A DNA stretch of 63,824 nucleotides, the filler included, from Sphacelaria rigidula (taxonomy: Eukaryota), in assembly GCA_964200075.2 (NCBI GenBank). It is 9 parts of 9 records of this genome, joined end to end, with 100 filler letters (N's around TTAATTAATTAA, not from the genome) between each part and the next. Parts side by side here need not be neighbours in the genome. Positions count along the whole stretch, not along the records: positions 35,516 to 42,518 come from CAXNAA020017007.1; positions 42,619 to 49,620 come from CAXNAA020017009.1; positions 49,721 to 56,722 come from CAXNAA020017010.1; 6 more parts are not named here. One strand, 5' to 3'. Of this stretch, positions 37,541-51,385 are shown piece by piece (positions within the stretch are counted from its first letter, which is position 1; each line of letters opens with the position of its first letter). The translations under genes were made by a program, and so were the position numbers. The notes beneath the pieces were generated by a model. The model did no database searches. It was not told the origin of the DNA and was given only the letters and a program-made list of their open reading frames with translations.

Positions 37541-40130
37541 GCAGATGGTGTGGTGCGCGACACGGTAGTTGCTAGCCTCCGATGATTTCCTCCCGTCCAG
37601 TCCAAGCGCCTCCGCTACGTATTCGATCCCCGCTCCCCAATATCACTTCATGATCGCCTTCGCCATGTGATATAGGAGGTGCCAGTCACCTACGTATACC
37701 CGGGACCATTGGTATTCGCGGGGATTACTCCGAATGAGGTGGTACATGAACCGAAACGTCTCCTTGTCACCGGCAACCATACACGCAGCAGGCGCGCCCC
37801 TCTCACCCACGCGGCGTATGTCAGCAATGCAGTCAATCGCTGCTTTCGAGTCGGCCCAGCTCTTCGTGCTCCAACTGCATGAAAACGTACTTAAACACTT
37901 GGGGCTCCCGCTGCATCGTTGGTACTGCCTGCGTCGCAATTTCAACAGTGCGGCGGAGAGAGGACTGATGAGGTCGCTGTAGCACAGCGTTGTATATTTT
38001 CAAATCACGACGTAAACCCCGACCCCGTGGTGACAGTATCCGCCGGGTCAAGGGATCATGCGGTAATTTCGCTTTCGTAAGCCATGCACATCGGCATATT
38101 GCGTTTCGACAATCATTTCCCACACAACTCGTGCTATGCTGCCAACGTTGGTGTTGCAGCTGACATTGTCACGTGGGGCGAAGGCGATAGTGTGATCCCT
38201 CCGTGGGGGCGACGAATTGGCATCTACAGGACAATCCAACCCGCCCTACTCCCGCAGAATCCATGGCGGGCAATGCGTGTGCATCAGCGGGGCACTGCGA
38301 CTGTGGGGGTGCAAAGCTGGTACTGACACGCGGGAGACGACGCTGGAGTGGATTGGCGGCACACCCAATCGCAGCCGCCGGAGTTCAAGAAATCGACTTC
38401 GCACGGGTATTCAAACGCAACATACAGGCACAGATAACTCATCTCACCTATCGAAGTTCGAGTTCCAAGCAAGTGTCGATGGAGCCACCCTCGCCTACGA
38501 TCCTTCCCACCGCGCATCGAAAAGCTGCTTTGTCGAACACGGAGAGGTATTTGTCCCATTGCTCGCCATCCATGTGCCAGTGTGGTCCCGTCGTTACATC
38601 TGCGGCCACAAGTTGATCTTGCTTGCGATGGTTCTGTACGAGAGACAGGTCACCGCACGGGGTTTCCACCGCCACGCAAGTGGCAGCCACAGCACACACA
38701 TGCACATCCCCCCCATTAACAGCCATCGTGGCCCGAAAGTCGCAGTTGTCCCAAGGGATCGCAGCAGCTCTTAACGCAAGCGCCACCAGATGCTTGTCCA
38801 ACCTCAACTTCACGAAGTACTGCTCGCGCATGTATCGCATACACTCGGTCGTGCAGAAGCCGTGAGCGGCGACGTAATCTATGACCGTCACAGGTGTGCC
38901 GTGCGCTTTCAAGACCTGCGCCAAATTGAAGTCATGCATCGCCCTGAATTTCCGACCTAGAACAGTTTTCAGGAGATTTTGCACCAGTATAAAAATTCTC
39001 CAAAGCTGCATGTTTCTCTTCCTCTTCTTCCGCAAAGCCTTCTCCCGTTCTATCGATCTATGAATCGTTGCACTGTCACTTGACTCCCCCATAGCGCTGG
39101 TACTTGGCACACCAGTGATCGTTGTTGTCGCGCTCCCCCTGGCAGCGAGCCCCAACCCGGGGTCATCAGCTGGTACCACCACATGGCACATACTGTCAAG
39201 CAAGTCTAACAGTGTCGACGGTGTATCGTGCTCCAGGAAATTTTTCACAGGCCGGATTTTTCTCTCCAAGTCGCCGCATATTTCTCACTCGCGTTCCCCG
39301 ACACGTTATGCAGTTCAGTCGCACGTTCGATGTGTTTCCTGACGATAGATCCGGCCGCTCTCACCAACGCCCGTTTATCCTCCGCGGACCCTTGTGGAGC
39401 TGGGCGTCCAGGAGAGAGACCGTACGTGCGAGTTCTTGTACCCAAGCGCGCATAGTTCTGAGATCCATATCAACTGCCATCGCTACCTCGGGCGCCACCG
39501 CCGAAGGCAGCAGATACACGGACTTTCGTCGGCAATCACCTGCGGCCTCCCCAACCCCGCTCACCTCTTTCATCTTGGCGTGGGCTGTGCCGCCCTTCAT
39601 CACCGTGCCGAAAATCGCCATAGCCTGATCCCGGTTGCGCCGGTCGCCGACAGTCCGGGCCCGTGCGGCCTTCCTAGCTTCTGTCAGCCACGATTGGACC
39701 TCCCCCAGGCTCACTACTCGCCCCGCCTCAAGGTTCGCTATTACTCTCTCGCGTACTTCTACGACGAAGTCCAGGTCGGCAGGGGCAGGATCAAGAGTGA
39801 GGTCTACCGTTCAAGGCGTGGGACAACGCGCGCGAGTGGACTTGGTCTTTTGCCTATCGCTGTTGCGTCTGTATCGCTCGAAGGAGGGCAGAAAACAATC
39901 ATTCCGGCTACACAAGCAATCGGAACTAGGTTGGTACCTCTGCACAAGCACAGCGGAGCACGCGCTACTGCCATCCACACACTGGAGGAATACCTCCGCC
40001 TCTGCAACCCGCGCGGGACCGAGATGGGGCCAGCTTTTTCCTTCGCCGGGCCCGGGTCGATGGCACGCCACGCATAGACGCGATGCAGAGTCGTGTGTTT
40101 TACCACAAGATGAGCACATATATCACTGAC
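35672..40130 (-). mobile_element. Decayed Academ-like (AcademX-type, DUF6589-like) DDE transposase coding region. Upstream low-complexity coding-like sequence may extend to ~41460
   Basis: Colinear motifs across frameshifted ORFs: N-terminal Cys cluster (39811-40119), AAGSIVRKHI, IPWDNCDF..T...G..VH (~38740-38755), AGDKETF (~37760), VGDWHLL (~37680), TGKDRYQW, LDEWQEMAN (~36320-36343) and a C-terminal VPFSLLNSKG. In-frame TGA at 37643-37645 and several frameshifts. Confidence 0.7.
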
Positions 40131-42618
40131 CTTCGACGACGGGGTAGGTGATGCCGCACTCCACGCGACGACAGACCCGCTTCGGTCGTCGACGGCGGCT
40201 GTTTCCGCTAACGGGTTTCGAGTGAGCCGGCGCAGACTGCTCCATCGTACAGCTATCACGGCTTTCGGGATGCCCCTGTGCACCACTGCGTCGCGTCGTT
40301 ACCCTCGTTCGGTCACCGTGTCGTCGATGCCTACCACAACGATATTTGGCGGGTGAGGTTTGCTTTCCCCGATCCCTCATGATATCGCCGCTAGCTCCAC
40401 TCGTTGGCATGGACGTAACCCAATCGTCTTCACACCCCACCGCAGATGCGCTGCCGCCGTCTCGACAAGCTCCTGGGGTGAGGTCAGGCGGAGCAGCACA
40501 AGAAGCCCTCTTCTTTTTTTTATGCAGTTTCGATCTTGATCTCGAGGAGTTGGAGGGTGTCGGTTTCGAAGATCACGGCGACCTGGGTCGCTTGTTGCGG
40601 TGTCCCGAGGGCGTTGAAAAGTCGTCCGGCAACCCAAGTGCAGGCTGAATCGACGCGGTGTATGGGGATACGGGTATTGTAGCCACCCGAGGAGAATGTA
40701 ATGCCTTCAGCGTGTGTTCCTTTGCTCGATCCCTGTGCTGCAATGCAACCTCCTGCTGCCCAGTCCATGTTCCCCATGCGCTACTCACATCCGGTTGGTT
40801 GATCATGTTCCTCTTCCGTCTAGACGCCGATACGTGGGCGTGCGGAGGTGTGCCTCTACCGGACCCAGGCGGGGCCCGTCTTTTATTTTTTTTGGCAGGT
40901 GGAGTAGAAGTCTCCATCTGACAGGGTATCCCGCCCGTAGTTTCACCGCCTTCGCGACTTGTCGTTCCCACGTCGTCGAGGATTGTCCTCTGCGCAGTGG
41001 ACGCCGATAGCTCACGTGAGTTCACCTCCGACGCACAGGAACTAGGTACTGTGTGCGTCGGGCCTTCCCTGGGCGATCGCCTCTCTAGTTTTTCACTCTG
41101 CTAGGTCCGCCGGTCGTCGCCCCCACCCACCGCCCCCTCGGTTTGTATGGGTGCACCATCGACCACCGCGCCTGGCGCCCGAGAGTCACAGAACAGTGCG
41201 ACCGCCCTGTGTTTTTCATACAATTGGGGACTGAGCTCCTCTCCTACTGCGTCTTCGTCACCGACGTGGGCGCCAGCAATTGCCCTCATATTTGACATCG
41301 ACACTGCGGGTTCTACGCCTGTCGGCCCAGAACTTCTCTCGACCACATTTGTGGCATGTGCCGGGCGGGATGACAGCCGCAAATACGCAGGTGTTTCACT
41401 ACCTGCCCGCGTAAGATGCAACAACGCGTATGTGTGCAAGAACTTAGTTCTGTGCAATATCTGACATTTACTGAGTCAGGGTCGGGGAATCTTGTGAATG
41501 TATAACCCTATATATATTCCACGCATGCACACGTCCTGCGTTTGGTTCGAAAGCCGCAGTCATCACCTGAAAGCAAGCAGTGAGGAGCATGCGATCATCA
41601 TCTATCTGCGATAGCTCGCGGGGTTACTACAATAGTGAACCGAAGATGTTCCTACCTAGGGATCGGTTCTGGTGTCGTATGTGAGGCTCGGGCTGCCCTG
41701 GGCGGCGTCTCAGTAGCCGCCCGGACGTCACATCCCGCGAATTAGCCCTAGGGATCCTCCACATCTGCCGCGAGGGTATATATAGGGGGGGGTGGTTGAG
41801 TGGGGAGTTGAACACCAACGCTTCTGATCGAGCGTGTCATCTACCCTGCCGTTCTCATGTCCTCGCCTCCTGTGGCGACGGAGGTATATGTTTTCTGTCG
41901 CGTGAAGCGGTCACGGCGTCCTATCGTGATTCTGAAGTACCATGAAAAATGAGAAGTCGAAATCTATGTCCATGTCAAGGACGGAAATCTCGACCCACGC
42001 CTTGAGTTAGTTATTTGATTCCGGGAGTCAGAGTACTAAATTGAACTCCTGCTCCAGCTCGGGACAGACACTAGGTGCGAGTTGTGCATTCGCTTGTGTA
42101 CAACGCAGGCCGTCGATTTATTACGGCCCCGCTGTTTTCAGAACGTGATGCAGCTACGTCTTTATCATGTTGCTTTATACACACTTGTACTCCATGTAGC
42201 GTTTTTTTTCAAACAGGCAAATCTAAAAAATGAGGTAGCACGATGAAACATGGTTCAAGCCCAAAACCGTGATTTCCCCACACTTTCAGCGATGGTGCCC
42301 AATAACTTTTTTGTCACCCGAACGCCCCTCGATCGCACAGATACTTCTTCTGCGCATTTGACCGACTCTGTGAGCTTACCGCGCCGGCCGGAACCGTCGT
42401 TTCTCCTGATTTCACCCCCCCCCCCCCCCCCCCCCCCCAAAAACAATGGGGGAAGGCCGGATTAGGGAGGCACGAGAAAGATCACCAGGGAGGTGAAATA
42501 GAATGAAAACGGGCTTACNNNNNNNNNNNNNNNNNNNNNNNNNNNNNNNNNNNNNNNNNNNNTTAATTAATTAANNNNNNNNNNNNNNNNNNNNNNNNNN
42601 NNNNNNNNNNNNNNNNNN

Positions 42619-42886
42619 TCAACACCGGAGCTTTTTCTTTTTTCTTTTGTGTTTAGTACCCCCACCTTCCTTCTGCGGTGCTTGCCTTTTTTTTTTATCG
42701 CAAGAGAAGTTCAGCAGTTCCTTCCCTCAGCGACCGTTAAATTGACTTTTGTGTACCCACGACATAGTCGCTCTTCACTGTTGGGCAGTGTGTAAGAAAA
42801 AATATCAGATCGCTCCGGGTATCGAACACCACTTCTCAACCGTCAGAAGGCTACGAGGTTACCAACGGAGCCACCGGGGCGACCGG
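42619..42886 (-). mobile_element. tRNA-derived SINE family 1 (cut by the contig start)
   Basis: Same head and body. Confidence 0.75.
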
Positions 42887-44662
42887 CACTGTAAGGCACA
42901 TCTGACAGTAGTGTTCACCCCTTCGGACATAAAACCAGAGTCAGATTTCCGTGCAGTTTCCGTCTTTTTTTTTCAACTTTTCGATCGCGAGGGTAGTCCA
43001 TCTTGACCATGTACAATTTATTCTGGTGAAATTGATGCCAATTCAACAGACGACCTAATATCGCTGTGCAAGGGTTAATCGCGTCTGTGTGAATTTTTAT
43101 GGGTCCGGTTTATTTTTTCATTTCGCTCTACCTTGTTTTGGGTAGTCAGCCTCTTACCGCGGAAGGCGTCCGCATCAGATGCTCAGTAGTACGGAGTACT
43201 GCGCAGATATCGCGATGATTTTTTTTTTTTGTGAAGACAACAGTACAACAACAACATCAACGAAAAACATTGAAAATAGAACATGAACAAAAACAAGACA
43301 AGCACCAGAGCTCATGTAATTGTCATAAGAAAGGTTGATGTCTTGATTTCAGAGTCAACACCGATATTCAGACCTCTAGAAGGGTTGACGGCCCCCAGTG
43401 GTTGTAGCGACTCGGTTAGTTGGGTTTGATTTATGTCTGACGAAAGCTCGGATCGGATCGGGTGTGGAAGAGCTCGTGGAAGAGCACGATTCAAACCTGT
43501 ATTTAGGTTAGTGAGATCTTCGTTCCGGAGCTCGTTATGATGATGCTTACCATTATTACTTTTTCCGCACATGAGTCTGATATCTCGAACCCGTGCTCAC
43601 AGACGTTTGCTCGTATTCCCGATACCGTTCCTGCTATTCCTTAGAAGACATGAAGTTCTCATCGTTCCTCGTGAGACTGGTACGAGAAACAAGAACGAAA
43701 CAAACATGCAATACGACGTAGGAACACCAAATAAAACTAGAGGTATCTCGAACTCGAGGTTCCTGCTATATTTTACAGTATTATGCCGTCAAATATACCG
43801 GGAACCTCGAATTTGAGATACCTCTAATCTAATGAGAAGAGACCCCGAGAGAACATGATGCCAACTCGCTGACAGTGGGAATCGTACCGTCAATTTGACA
43901 TCTGTGTGAAGGAGTCGGGAACGAAGAGCTCGCTGACAAGCTACACAAACTACAAGATACAAATTTGACACAATGATCGTGTTGGCCCGCAACCATACTC
44001 TTTTCAACGAACAACTTCACCGCCACAGTGGGCCGCATCTGCCGAGGTGGCATCAATTTCGCTTGAAAAATGAACTTGATACCCTGATAAGTCACTCTGC
44101 CTATCCAAGTTTTGGATTTTGATTTCGAACCTCGAAATCTAACTCTTGGGGTGCAAAGTTGGTTCGTGGCCGTACAAAGGGGGTCCGGGACGCTGAGATC
44201 GATAGATGAGAATCGTCCATTTGCGTGCTCGGCCCGGTGGCTAGAGAAGCGATATATGTGGGGCAGGATTACTGAGCATGCAACGGTGAGTTGTGTCATG
44301 AGCATCTGTTGCTCTTGTTGACCCGTCGCGCGGGTATGAGTATGAAGCTAACGTGAGACCAAAAAAATGTTGGAAAGGAAGAGGAGGAGGAGAATGAGGA
44401 CGAGCGGCTCGTGTATTTTCGAGGGCACGGAAATGCTGTCACTTGTAATGATTGCTGCCCGTTGAGACACGAAGGAGAGTCTCACACGCAGAACGTATGC
44501 CCTGGACGGGGTTGAAGGCTTGGCAAGGTGGCGCATAGGCTGACCTTTTTATGGTGGTATTTGCAGCTCGTACCCTGTCAAAGACTGACTGGAGAAATTA
44601 CGCGAACGGAGTGCTGTCGGTCTCTTTCACACTGCACTATTGTGATAACACAAGATCTTCGT

Positions 44663-45018
44663 CAGTCGCCCCGGTGGCTCCGTGGGTAACCTCGAAACCT
44701 TCTGACGGTTGGGTCGTGGATTCAATTCTCGGAGCGNNNNNNNNNNATTTTTTTTTTTATTTTTCCCAACAGTGGAGAGCAACTATGTCGTGGGTACACA
44801 AAAATTCGATTTAACGGTCGACGAGGGAAAGGGACTGCTGAACCCCTCTCGCGATAAAGAACAAAAGGCAAGCACCGCAGAAGGAAGGTGGGGTACTGAA
44901 AAAGAAATAGAAAAGAACAAGCTCCTGGGTAGGCCCTACTCCTGTGTGATCCCGGCTGGTGCGATACCGGAAGGCGTAGACCGGCGCCCAGAATAGATGG
45001 GACGACAACACACACACA
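44663..45018 (+). mobile_element. tRNA-derived SINE family 1. Further decayed copies at ~48995-49275 and ~58245-58475
   Basis: GTCGCCCCGGTGGCTC head, conserved body and ACAC tail. Confidence 0.8.
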
Positions 45019-46752
45019 GTCAACCTTTTTGACCGCCAGGGGTGGGTAGTCTCTGGGTCGTGGATACATTCTTGAGATGAAAATGATGCCACTTCACAAA
45101 TTTTCCGTCGTGGCTGTCAGAGGGTTGAAATCAACCAAGTGTACAGTGAACAACAGTACAATGCAGTAGTACTGCAATACAGCACAGCACCGTTGGGCCA
45201 GCACTGTCTGTGGCACTCTTGGTATGCAGTTTATGTAGCGGCACGTGTATGGCGATAGGAAGAGGTCTCGCATCATACTTGTGTCGAGGCGGCCTGACGA
45301 ACTGTACGTAAACAACGGTTGGTACAATGGAGATGCCGCCAATTCTAACGCAAACCCTAGCCCTAACCCCGACCAAGGCATCGCCCTCTTGGTTGTAACG
45401 ATCAATTGTCTAGTCTAACACGCCCATTAGAAGAATCTCAAACTTGAGGTTCTCACTTTACGTAATTGTTGTTGTACTGTATACCTTCGATGCTCCATCG
45501 CTAGACAGCAAATGATTACGAGCTTGGCTAGCTAAGAAGGGTAGAGCTTACGCATTTGTCGTGAAAATGGTTGTCACTTGATTTTAGTGTGACCACCGAT
45601 ATTTGGATATTCAGAAGGGCTGACACTCCCGAGTGCTCTTATTTTGCCCAGAAACAAGGTTTCGTCCGCAGATACCGATATCTGTCCGCGCACCCTTTGC
45701 CTAGAGCACCCTTGGCACTCCCCTTACCCTAGGGTTCTCGTATGCTTCGGTTTTGGGTTAGAGTTAGGCGAGTTTTTATCAAAAGGGTTCATCTCCTCTT
45801 CGAAAATTCCCTTACGAAAGGGTGTTGCCCCCACAGCGACCAGTTTGAGTCTTGTCGATAAGCAGTTTCGTCCAGATCGAAGCCCAGATCTGCACGAAGG
45901 TTCAGAAATGCGGCGGCTCTGGGAATGGTGGTTGGCCCAATATTTCTGCGCTTTCACGAATAAGATGCAACATTTTGTCACGACTTAGTCTGCTATGTCG
46001 TCCTGTTCGACCCCTCTTTCTTTTTTTTCTCTTTTTTTTCTTCTCAGAGCGTATTTGAATTTCGTTTTTCTTGGGTACGTCTACCATATGACCACGGCTG
46101 GACCCCTGGGGGATCAATTAATGTGCGACAATCAAATAAAAAATCAAAAGGCAGCACAATATCTAGACACCGAGCCCCGAAAAAAACACGCAGGCACCTA
46201 CCACCCACGCGCGTTAGCCCCAGCGCTAGCCCTTGCTAATCTACACACGGTGGCATCTGTCTTGGAGGAATAGCGGCAGCGTGCGTGTCGAACAATGGCG
46301 AAAACGTGTCGTTGCTGACCGTCTATGCGCGTGTGCTGTGCGCTCTTTTCACCCAAATCATTGTTTCTCATCGAGTTCTGGCCATATTTGAGCAAGGTCA
46401 CGCCCAGCGTGCTCAGCTGATGAGCAAGTACGGCTCGAGCTGTGTGTTTTTGGTTTGCGGGGGCACCAAGCTCCCCAGATGCACCTCTGATTTTGTGTTG
46501 GGTTGTATGGTAAGTGTTTGCCCGTGCCTCTTTCAACGGGATACGTTCCTATTCAAGGTGTACCCAAAATCAAAATACTCTATAAAAAGGGGATTTCAGG
46601 AAATGTTTCGTTACTTTCTGGAATTTCCTTTTCAAGGGGAATTTTGGGGCACGTTTTTGGGGGGCGATATCTCAGCGACCACTCATTGCCCGTATTTCAG
46701 GAGGGGATTTTCGACAAAGGGATTACCCCTTTCAACAAGACAAGAGTCCGCC

Positions 46753-46782
46753 TTAGGGTTAGGGTTAGGGTTAGGGTTAGGG
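46753..46782 (+). repeat. Interstitial (TTAGGG)5
   Basis: Perfect telomeric hexamers inside the contig. Confidence 0.9.
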
Positions 46783-47141
46783 TAAGCGTCGGCGTCAGCG
46801 TCTGTTCAAAATAGTAATTTTCCGAGAACGCTATGTCATCCGTTTCTACGCAGTGTCATTCCCGTTCCATGTTATGGAGGCGGTATCTATCAGATTGTGC
46901 CCCCCCCCAGACACACCGCAACTGATGTCTGATGACGCTGAAATTTCCAATATATATTTGCATGATGACGCAGGTGGGTGTTGAAGGAACAGGTTCGGTG
47001 GCGCGAGGCGCTCAGCGCGCTGTGCGGATTTGAACACGGTGATTATCGGCAGGGCACCTTTTTTTTTTTGGCACAATGCATGAAGAATGACGATTGTAAA
47101 GGGTACAAAAGAAACCGGCACGGAGGCAGCACCAAGTCTTG

Positions 47142-47651
47142 CATACGTCGGACAGATCAGCTCCCTGTAGCTCGAACTAGCTCTTTTTTAGCGTAACTCA
47201 TTAGTGAGCTATGAGAGCTACATGGGCTACGCATTGTTTCCTGCGTAAGCTATGAGAACAACATGAGCCACCAACCCGTAGCCCATCCGCGCATGTTTGC
47301 CCACGGTGAGCTGTGAGAGCTACATGAGCAACGCATGTTTGCCCTAGGTGAGTTACCAACCTGTAGCTCATCAGCTCATATTCGCCCCGGGTGAGCTATG
47401 AGAGCTACATGAGCAACGCATGTTTGCCCTGAATGAGCTATGAGAGCTAAAATAGCTACGCACGTGTGTCCTGGGTGAGCTATGAGAACTACATGAGCAA
47501 CGCATGTTTATCCTGGGTAAGCTACCAACTTGTAGCTCATCATTGTGCGTGTACCTTGGGTGAGCTATCGGACGTAACTCACATGTACATGTTTTACTAC
47601 AAGTGAGCTACAGTCCACAGATGAGCTAGCTCATGAGCTGTCCGACGTGTG
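47142..47651. mobile_element. Non-autonomous hAT-like element filled with a ~42-bp AGCT-rich minisatellite
   Basis: TIRs CATACGTCGGACAG / CTGTCCGACGTGTG, with a perfect 8-bp TSD AAGTCTTG at 47134-47141 and 47652-47659. Internal units GTGAGCTATGAGAGCTACATGAGCAACGCATGTTTGCCCTGG. Confidence 0.85.
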
Positions 47652-50600
47652 AAGTCTTGCCACTTGTCTCATCAGACTTTTCCCGTTCATGGGTGAATGA
47701 TCGAAGTAATAATTCAGCGAACAAGCACTTCACAGGCTTCACCTTGTCACTGAGGCTGTTGGGTTATTTGTTTCCGCGCCATCTCGCGCAAGAGCTGGCG
47801 GAGTAGCTGTTTCGGTGCGAACTGTGTGTCCCTTACCAAGAACAACTGCGCAGCCACCTCGGCAGGTAGCAAGGTCTCCTTACGAACAGCACCAGAGCGT
47901 GCGGAGAATTCATCATGCCAGTCTGATAGCCACCAAGATGGTTGCTGTTTTGTTCTGGTATTATTGTCACGCTGAGTCAGGCTGTGGCGGGCTTTTGCGT
48001 TTGAAGATTCTCGAGGTTCGCAGAAAATTGTCTTCGCCGATATCTTGCGGACTTTTTACCGTCTTATCTTGGCTTCACAATGCGACACATGGTACGAATA
48101 ACATCGAGTAAAATGATAGACAGCCGCCGCGCCCCGGCGGTGTAAATTGAAGTGGTCCGACTGTCATCATTAGGGTGGAGAAAGCGTAGGTTCGATCCCC
48201 GATGCGTTTGGTTTTTTCTCAGAGGTATCTGATTCCCACCGTCGAAAGCGTTAGCACGTGAGTAAACAAGAAATAGTTGAGTTTGCTTGATTAGAGTTGA
48301 CGCGGTGCGGGAGTGCTGATAGTCATGACCCAGTCTGCGAGACCAAAATGCAAGGCGTGTGCCGGGGAGAGATGGGTTGGTCCCCTGAGACCGCGGACTC
48401 GATCGTCCCGAGAAAGGAGATATTCAAAGTGTGACAAATGAAGAGATAATAATAATAGGAACAAGCAAATAAGTTTAATTATTACCGCAGAGCAACATTT
48501 CCACTGGCTACACAAGGGCATCCTGACCTCTGAGCACACACAGTGCAATATCTTTTCAGCAACATGTGACTGCAGATCGGCAGTTCTCGACTGACAACCG
48601 CTTGGCATCTGCGCAGGGACACATGTCTTTTACCTTACGGATGCCGCAGTCCTCATTGACTGCTTGTAGCGCCAGCTCTCCCTGGTGATATGATCACCTC
48701 TACTCCCAAGCAGCTTTTTTCAATAGGGGGAAACACTGTGAAAAATGACTGGCGGTTTGTTGTACGAATCCCGGTATGCAATGCGAACCCGAGTGGGACA
48801 AGGACGCTTCCACATCATGGAACTGTAGTGATTGTTCGACAAATGCGTAAGCACGACTTGCCATGAAACTCTCGTACCGCCGACACACGATAGTTTATTC
48901 AGTTCCCCAACATTGTAATAGGTATATCGCTGTAAACTGCAGACCGACCCGCTGATGATTCGCTCTGCCGCGTAAGAAAGAAATTGTACTGCATGGTAGA
49001 GGCTCGAATCTCGGTGAAGTCACGCGATCTGGGATTTTTGCTCATGTCATGCCCAACAGTGGAGAGCGACTGTGTCGTGAGTGCACAGAGTTCGACGTCA
49101 TGGTTGGCAGGGGAACGGGACCACTAAACCCTTCTTGCGAAAACAAGTAAGGCAAGCACCGCAGAAGGAAGGTGGGGTACAGCAACAAAGAATAACGATG
49201 GGAGATTGATATTCCTTCTGCGTGACCCGGGCTAATGCGCCCACATATACGAAAAGGTGTCGACTAACGTCTAGAACTGATGGGTTGACCGCACTCATTG
49301 TTTTTTTGCGGTAACCGTGATGGTGGTCGAGCTGGATCATATTGTGCGCGGTGGGAGAACCTCAACTCCGCGCAAAGGGGATCACCATACCACGCAGTGT
49401 TTAAATGGCGAGACACCCATGAGGCCGTGCAAAAGCCGTGGCTGTCTGTGGAAGTGTGGCGATACCAGAAAATGAAGCAACTCATCGGAGGCTGTCATCC
49501 AAATGCAAGATGGGCATGGGGCCGAATAATCTCCGCAGGATGCAGCTCACCCTTCATGCGACTCGCCGAACACACCACGGCGCTTCGCGCTTGGTGATTG
49601 ATTGCGAGCCTGGTCCGGCGNNNNNNNNNNNNNNNNNNNNNNNNNNNNNNNNNNNNNNNNNNNNTTAATTAATTAANNNNNNNNNNNNNNNNNNNNNNNN
49701 NNNNNNNNNNNNNNNNNNNNCCCCCCCCCCCTCCCCCCCTCCCCATCCAACCAGGACAGGGGGTTTAAGAGAGAGAGGGGGAAGACCCCCCCCCCCCCCC
49801 CCCCCCCCTAGTGCTCCGTCTCGAAAGGGATACGTGGTCAATAGTCGAATGACTATCTTGAGGTAACAAATGAGTACACCTCTCCCTCCCCGTAGTATGT
49901 ACATGCCTTGCTATTTACTGTCCAGCACTGGGTCACAGTAGACTCGTGGCGATTTTCGTCGAATCTCGCTGCTTCTTTCCCATGTCACCCGTGGTCGTTT
50001 TCGCGCTCTCGGGTGACGGAAACCAGGGATATGAACGGAGACTGCTAATTGCTGTCGGGATTCGCAACTCACCGAATCCGCCCGAAATAGCATCATGTGC
50101 ACTGAACACACGGCTTCGATCAATACAGGCGCAGCTAGTCGGATTTTATGAAAATCTGTAGGCACAAGGCTCGTACACGTGTCCGTCGTGGTTCCTATGT
50201 ATTACCCCGCAGTTTCTAGTTTCACCGATAAATCCTGATCGCCCCCACGAGGGAGTGGTGTTACTGGTTGTCGTGTATTGTGTGGATTCCCTCTGTACAG
50301 TGAGTTTAGAGAGCTTTCGTTGCGCCCGGAGCCCAGGGAAAACTTGAGACATGATAATTATTTGGATCACTTTTTCCGTTCTGTGAAGGAGTTCACACCC
50401 TGAACAATACTTGGTCACAAGTTGCGATGGTAAAAATGCCCTGCGTGAAGTATAGCCCTATTTCAACTATTGTCGATCCGAAAATGTGTCAAAAGTTGCA
50501 GGAGAAAAATGTACTGCGCAAAGTACATTTTTTCTACTGCAACTATTGACCGAGGTGTGCGTTACTTTCTCGCAGTTGCTTCCGAATTATGTCGCGGAGC

Positions 50601-50923
50601 CTGGTCCCTCTGTAGTCATTGGTCGTCCCGCACATTTGTTCCATGTTTTTCGTCGCATATTCCTGAGTTTCTTCGTTGTGTCAACTTTTTTTGGAATCCC
50701 CCCGACTTTGCATGATGTTTCATCCAATTCCGTGTGGTTTCCCATGTTGATTCAAATACAAACATTCCGTATTTTTTCCCCCTCTGACTTGGGTCCCGTC
50801 CCGGATGCTTCATCTTTTTTTTGATCGTCCCACACTTTTTATGCGCTCTTGTTGGACCTCGCGCCTGCGCGTTCTTCAACTTTGTTTTCTGCTCCGTGTG
50901 CACACTATTTCGTCCGCCCGCAG

Positions 50924-51385
50924 TACCTTTTCTGCCTCGTGGTCGACGCCGTGCGAACGGACCTCGCCGCGCGCGCTTCTTCTCCATCTCATGCGTCGGC
51001 CGCCTTGGATCTCCTCCTGATCGAGGGCTGCGCCAACGACAACAATAACAAAGCGCTGGCGGGAGAGGGGCGCCGGCAAAAGAGGCGACAAAAGAAGAGA
51101 GAAAAGAAGCGCGCGAACAAAAGCGTATCTTCCTCCTCGTCTTGTACCGCGTCAGTTTCATCGTGTGCATCGTCGTCGCCGTCATCAATATCTTCAACGA
51201 CGCCTGCCTCCATATCTCCGCCGAGGCCGTTAGGGAGTAGTGTTTCTGCTGCTAAAGATCGGAGTTCGATAAGCACTGGAGGGGGGGGTGCAGGCAGCGG
51301 GGCGAGTGGTGCTGGTTCTGCTGCCGCCCCCGCGTTCGTGGCGGTGGAAAAGCAGGTTAGGACTAGCAGCGGAATTGCATCAACG
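50924..51385 (+). CDS. Probable internal exon of an unidentified gene (basic NLS-like segment plus Ser/Gly-rich region). Alternative donor at 51355
   Basis: ccgcag|TAC acceptor, donors CAG|GTTAG or ACG|GTGAG, and an open GC-rich frame containing GRRQKRRQKKREKKR. Confidence 0.55.

Noticed and set aside
35672-41460. Endogenous phaeovirus (EsV-1-like provirus) because of the EsV-1-7 motif
   Set aside because: No NCLDV core genes are recognisable, and the motif is a single copy inside a transposase-like ORF.
47200-47580. CRISPR-like array
   Set aside because: The units are contiguous and degenerate with no unique spacers, there are no cas genes, and the array is enclosed by TIRs and a TSD in a eukaryotic context.
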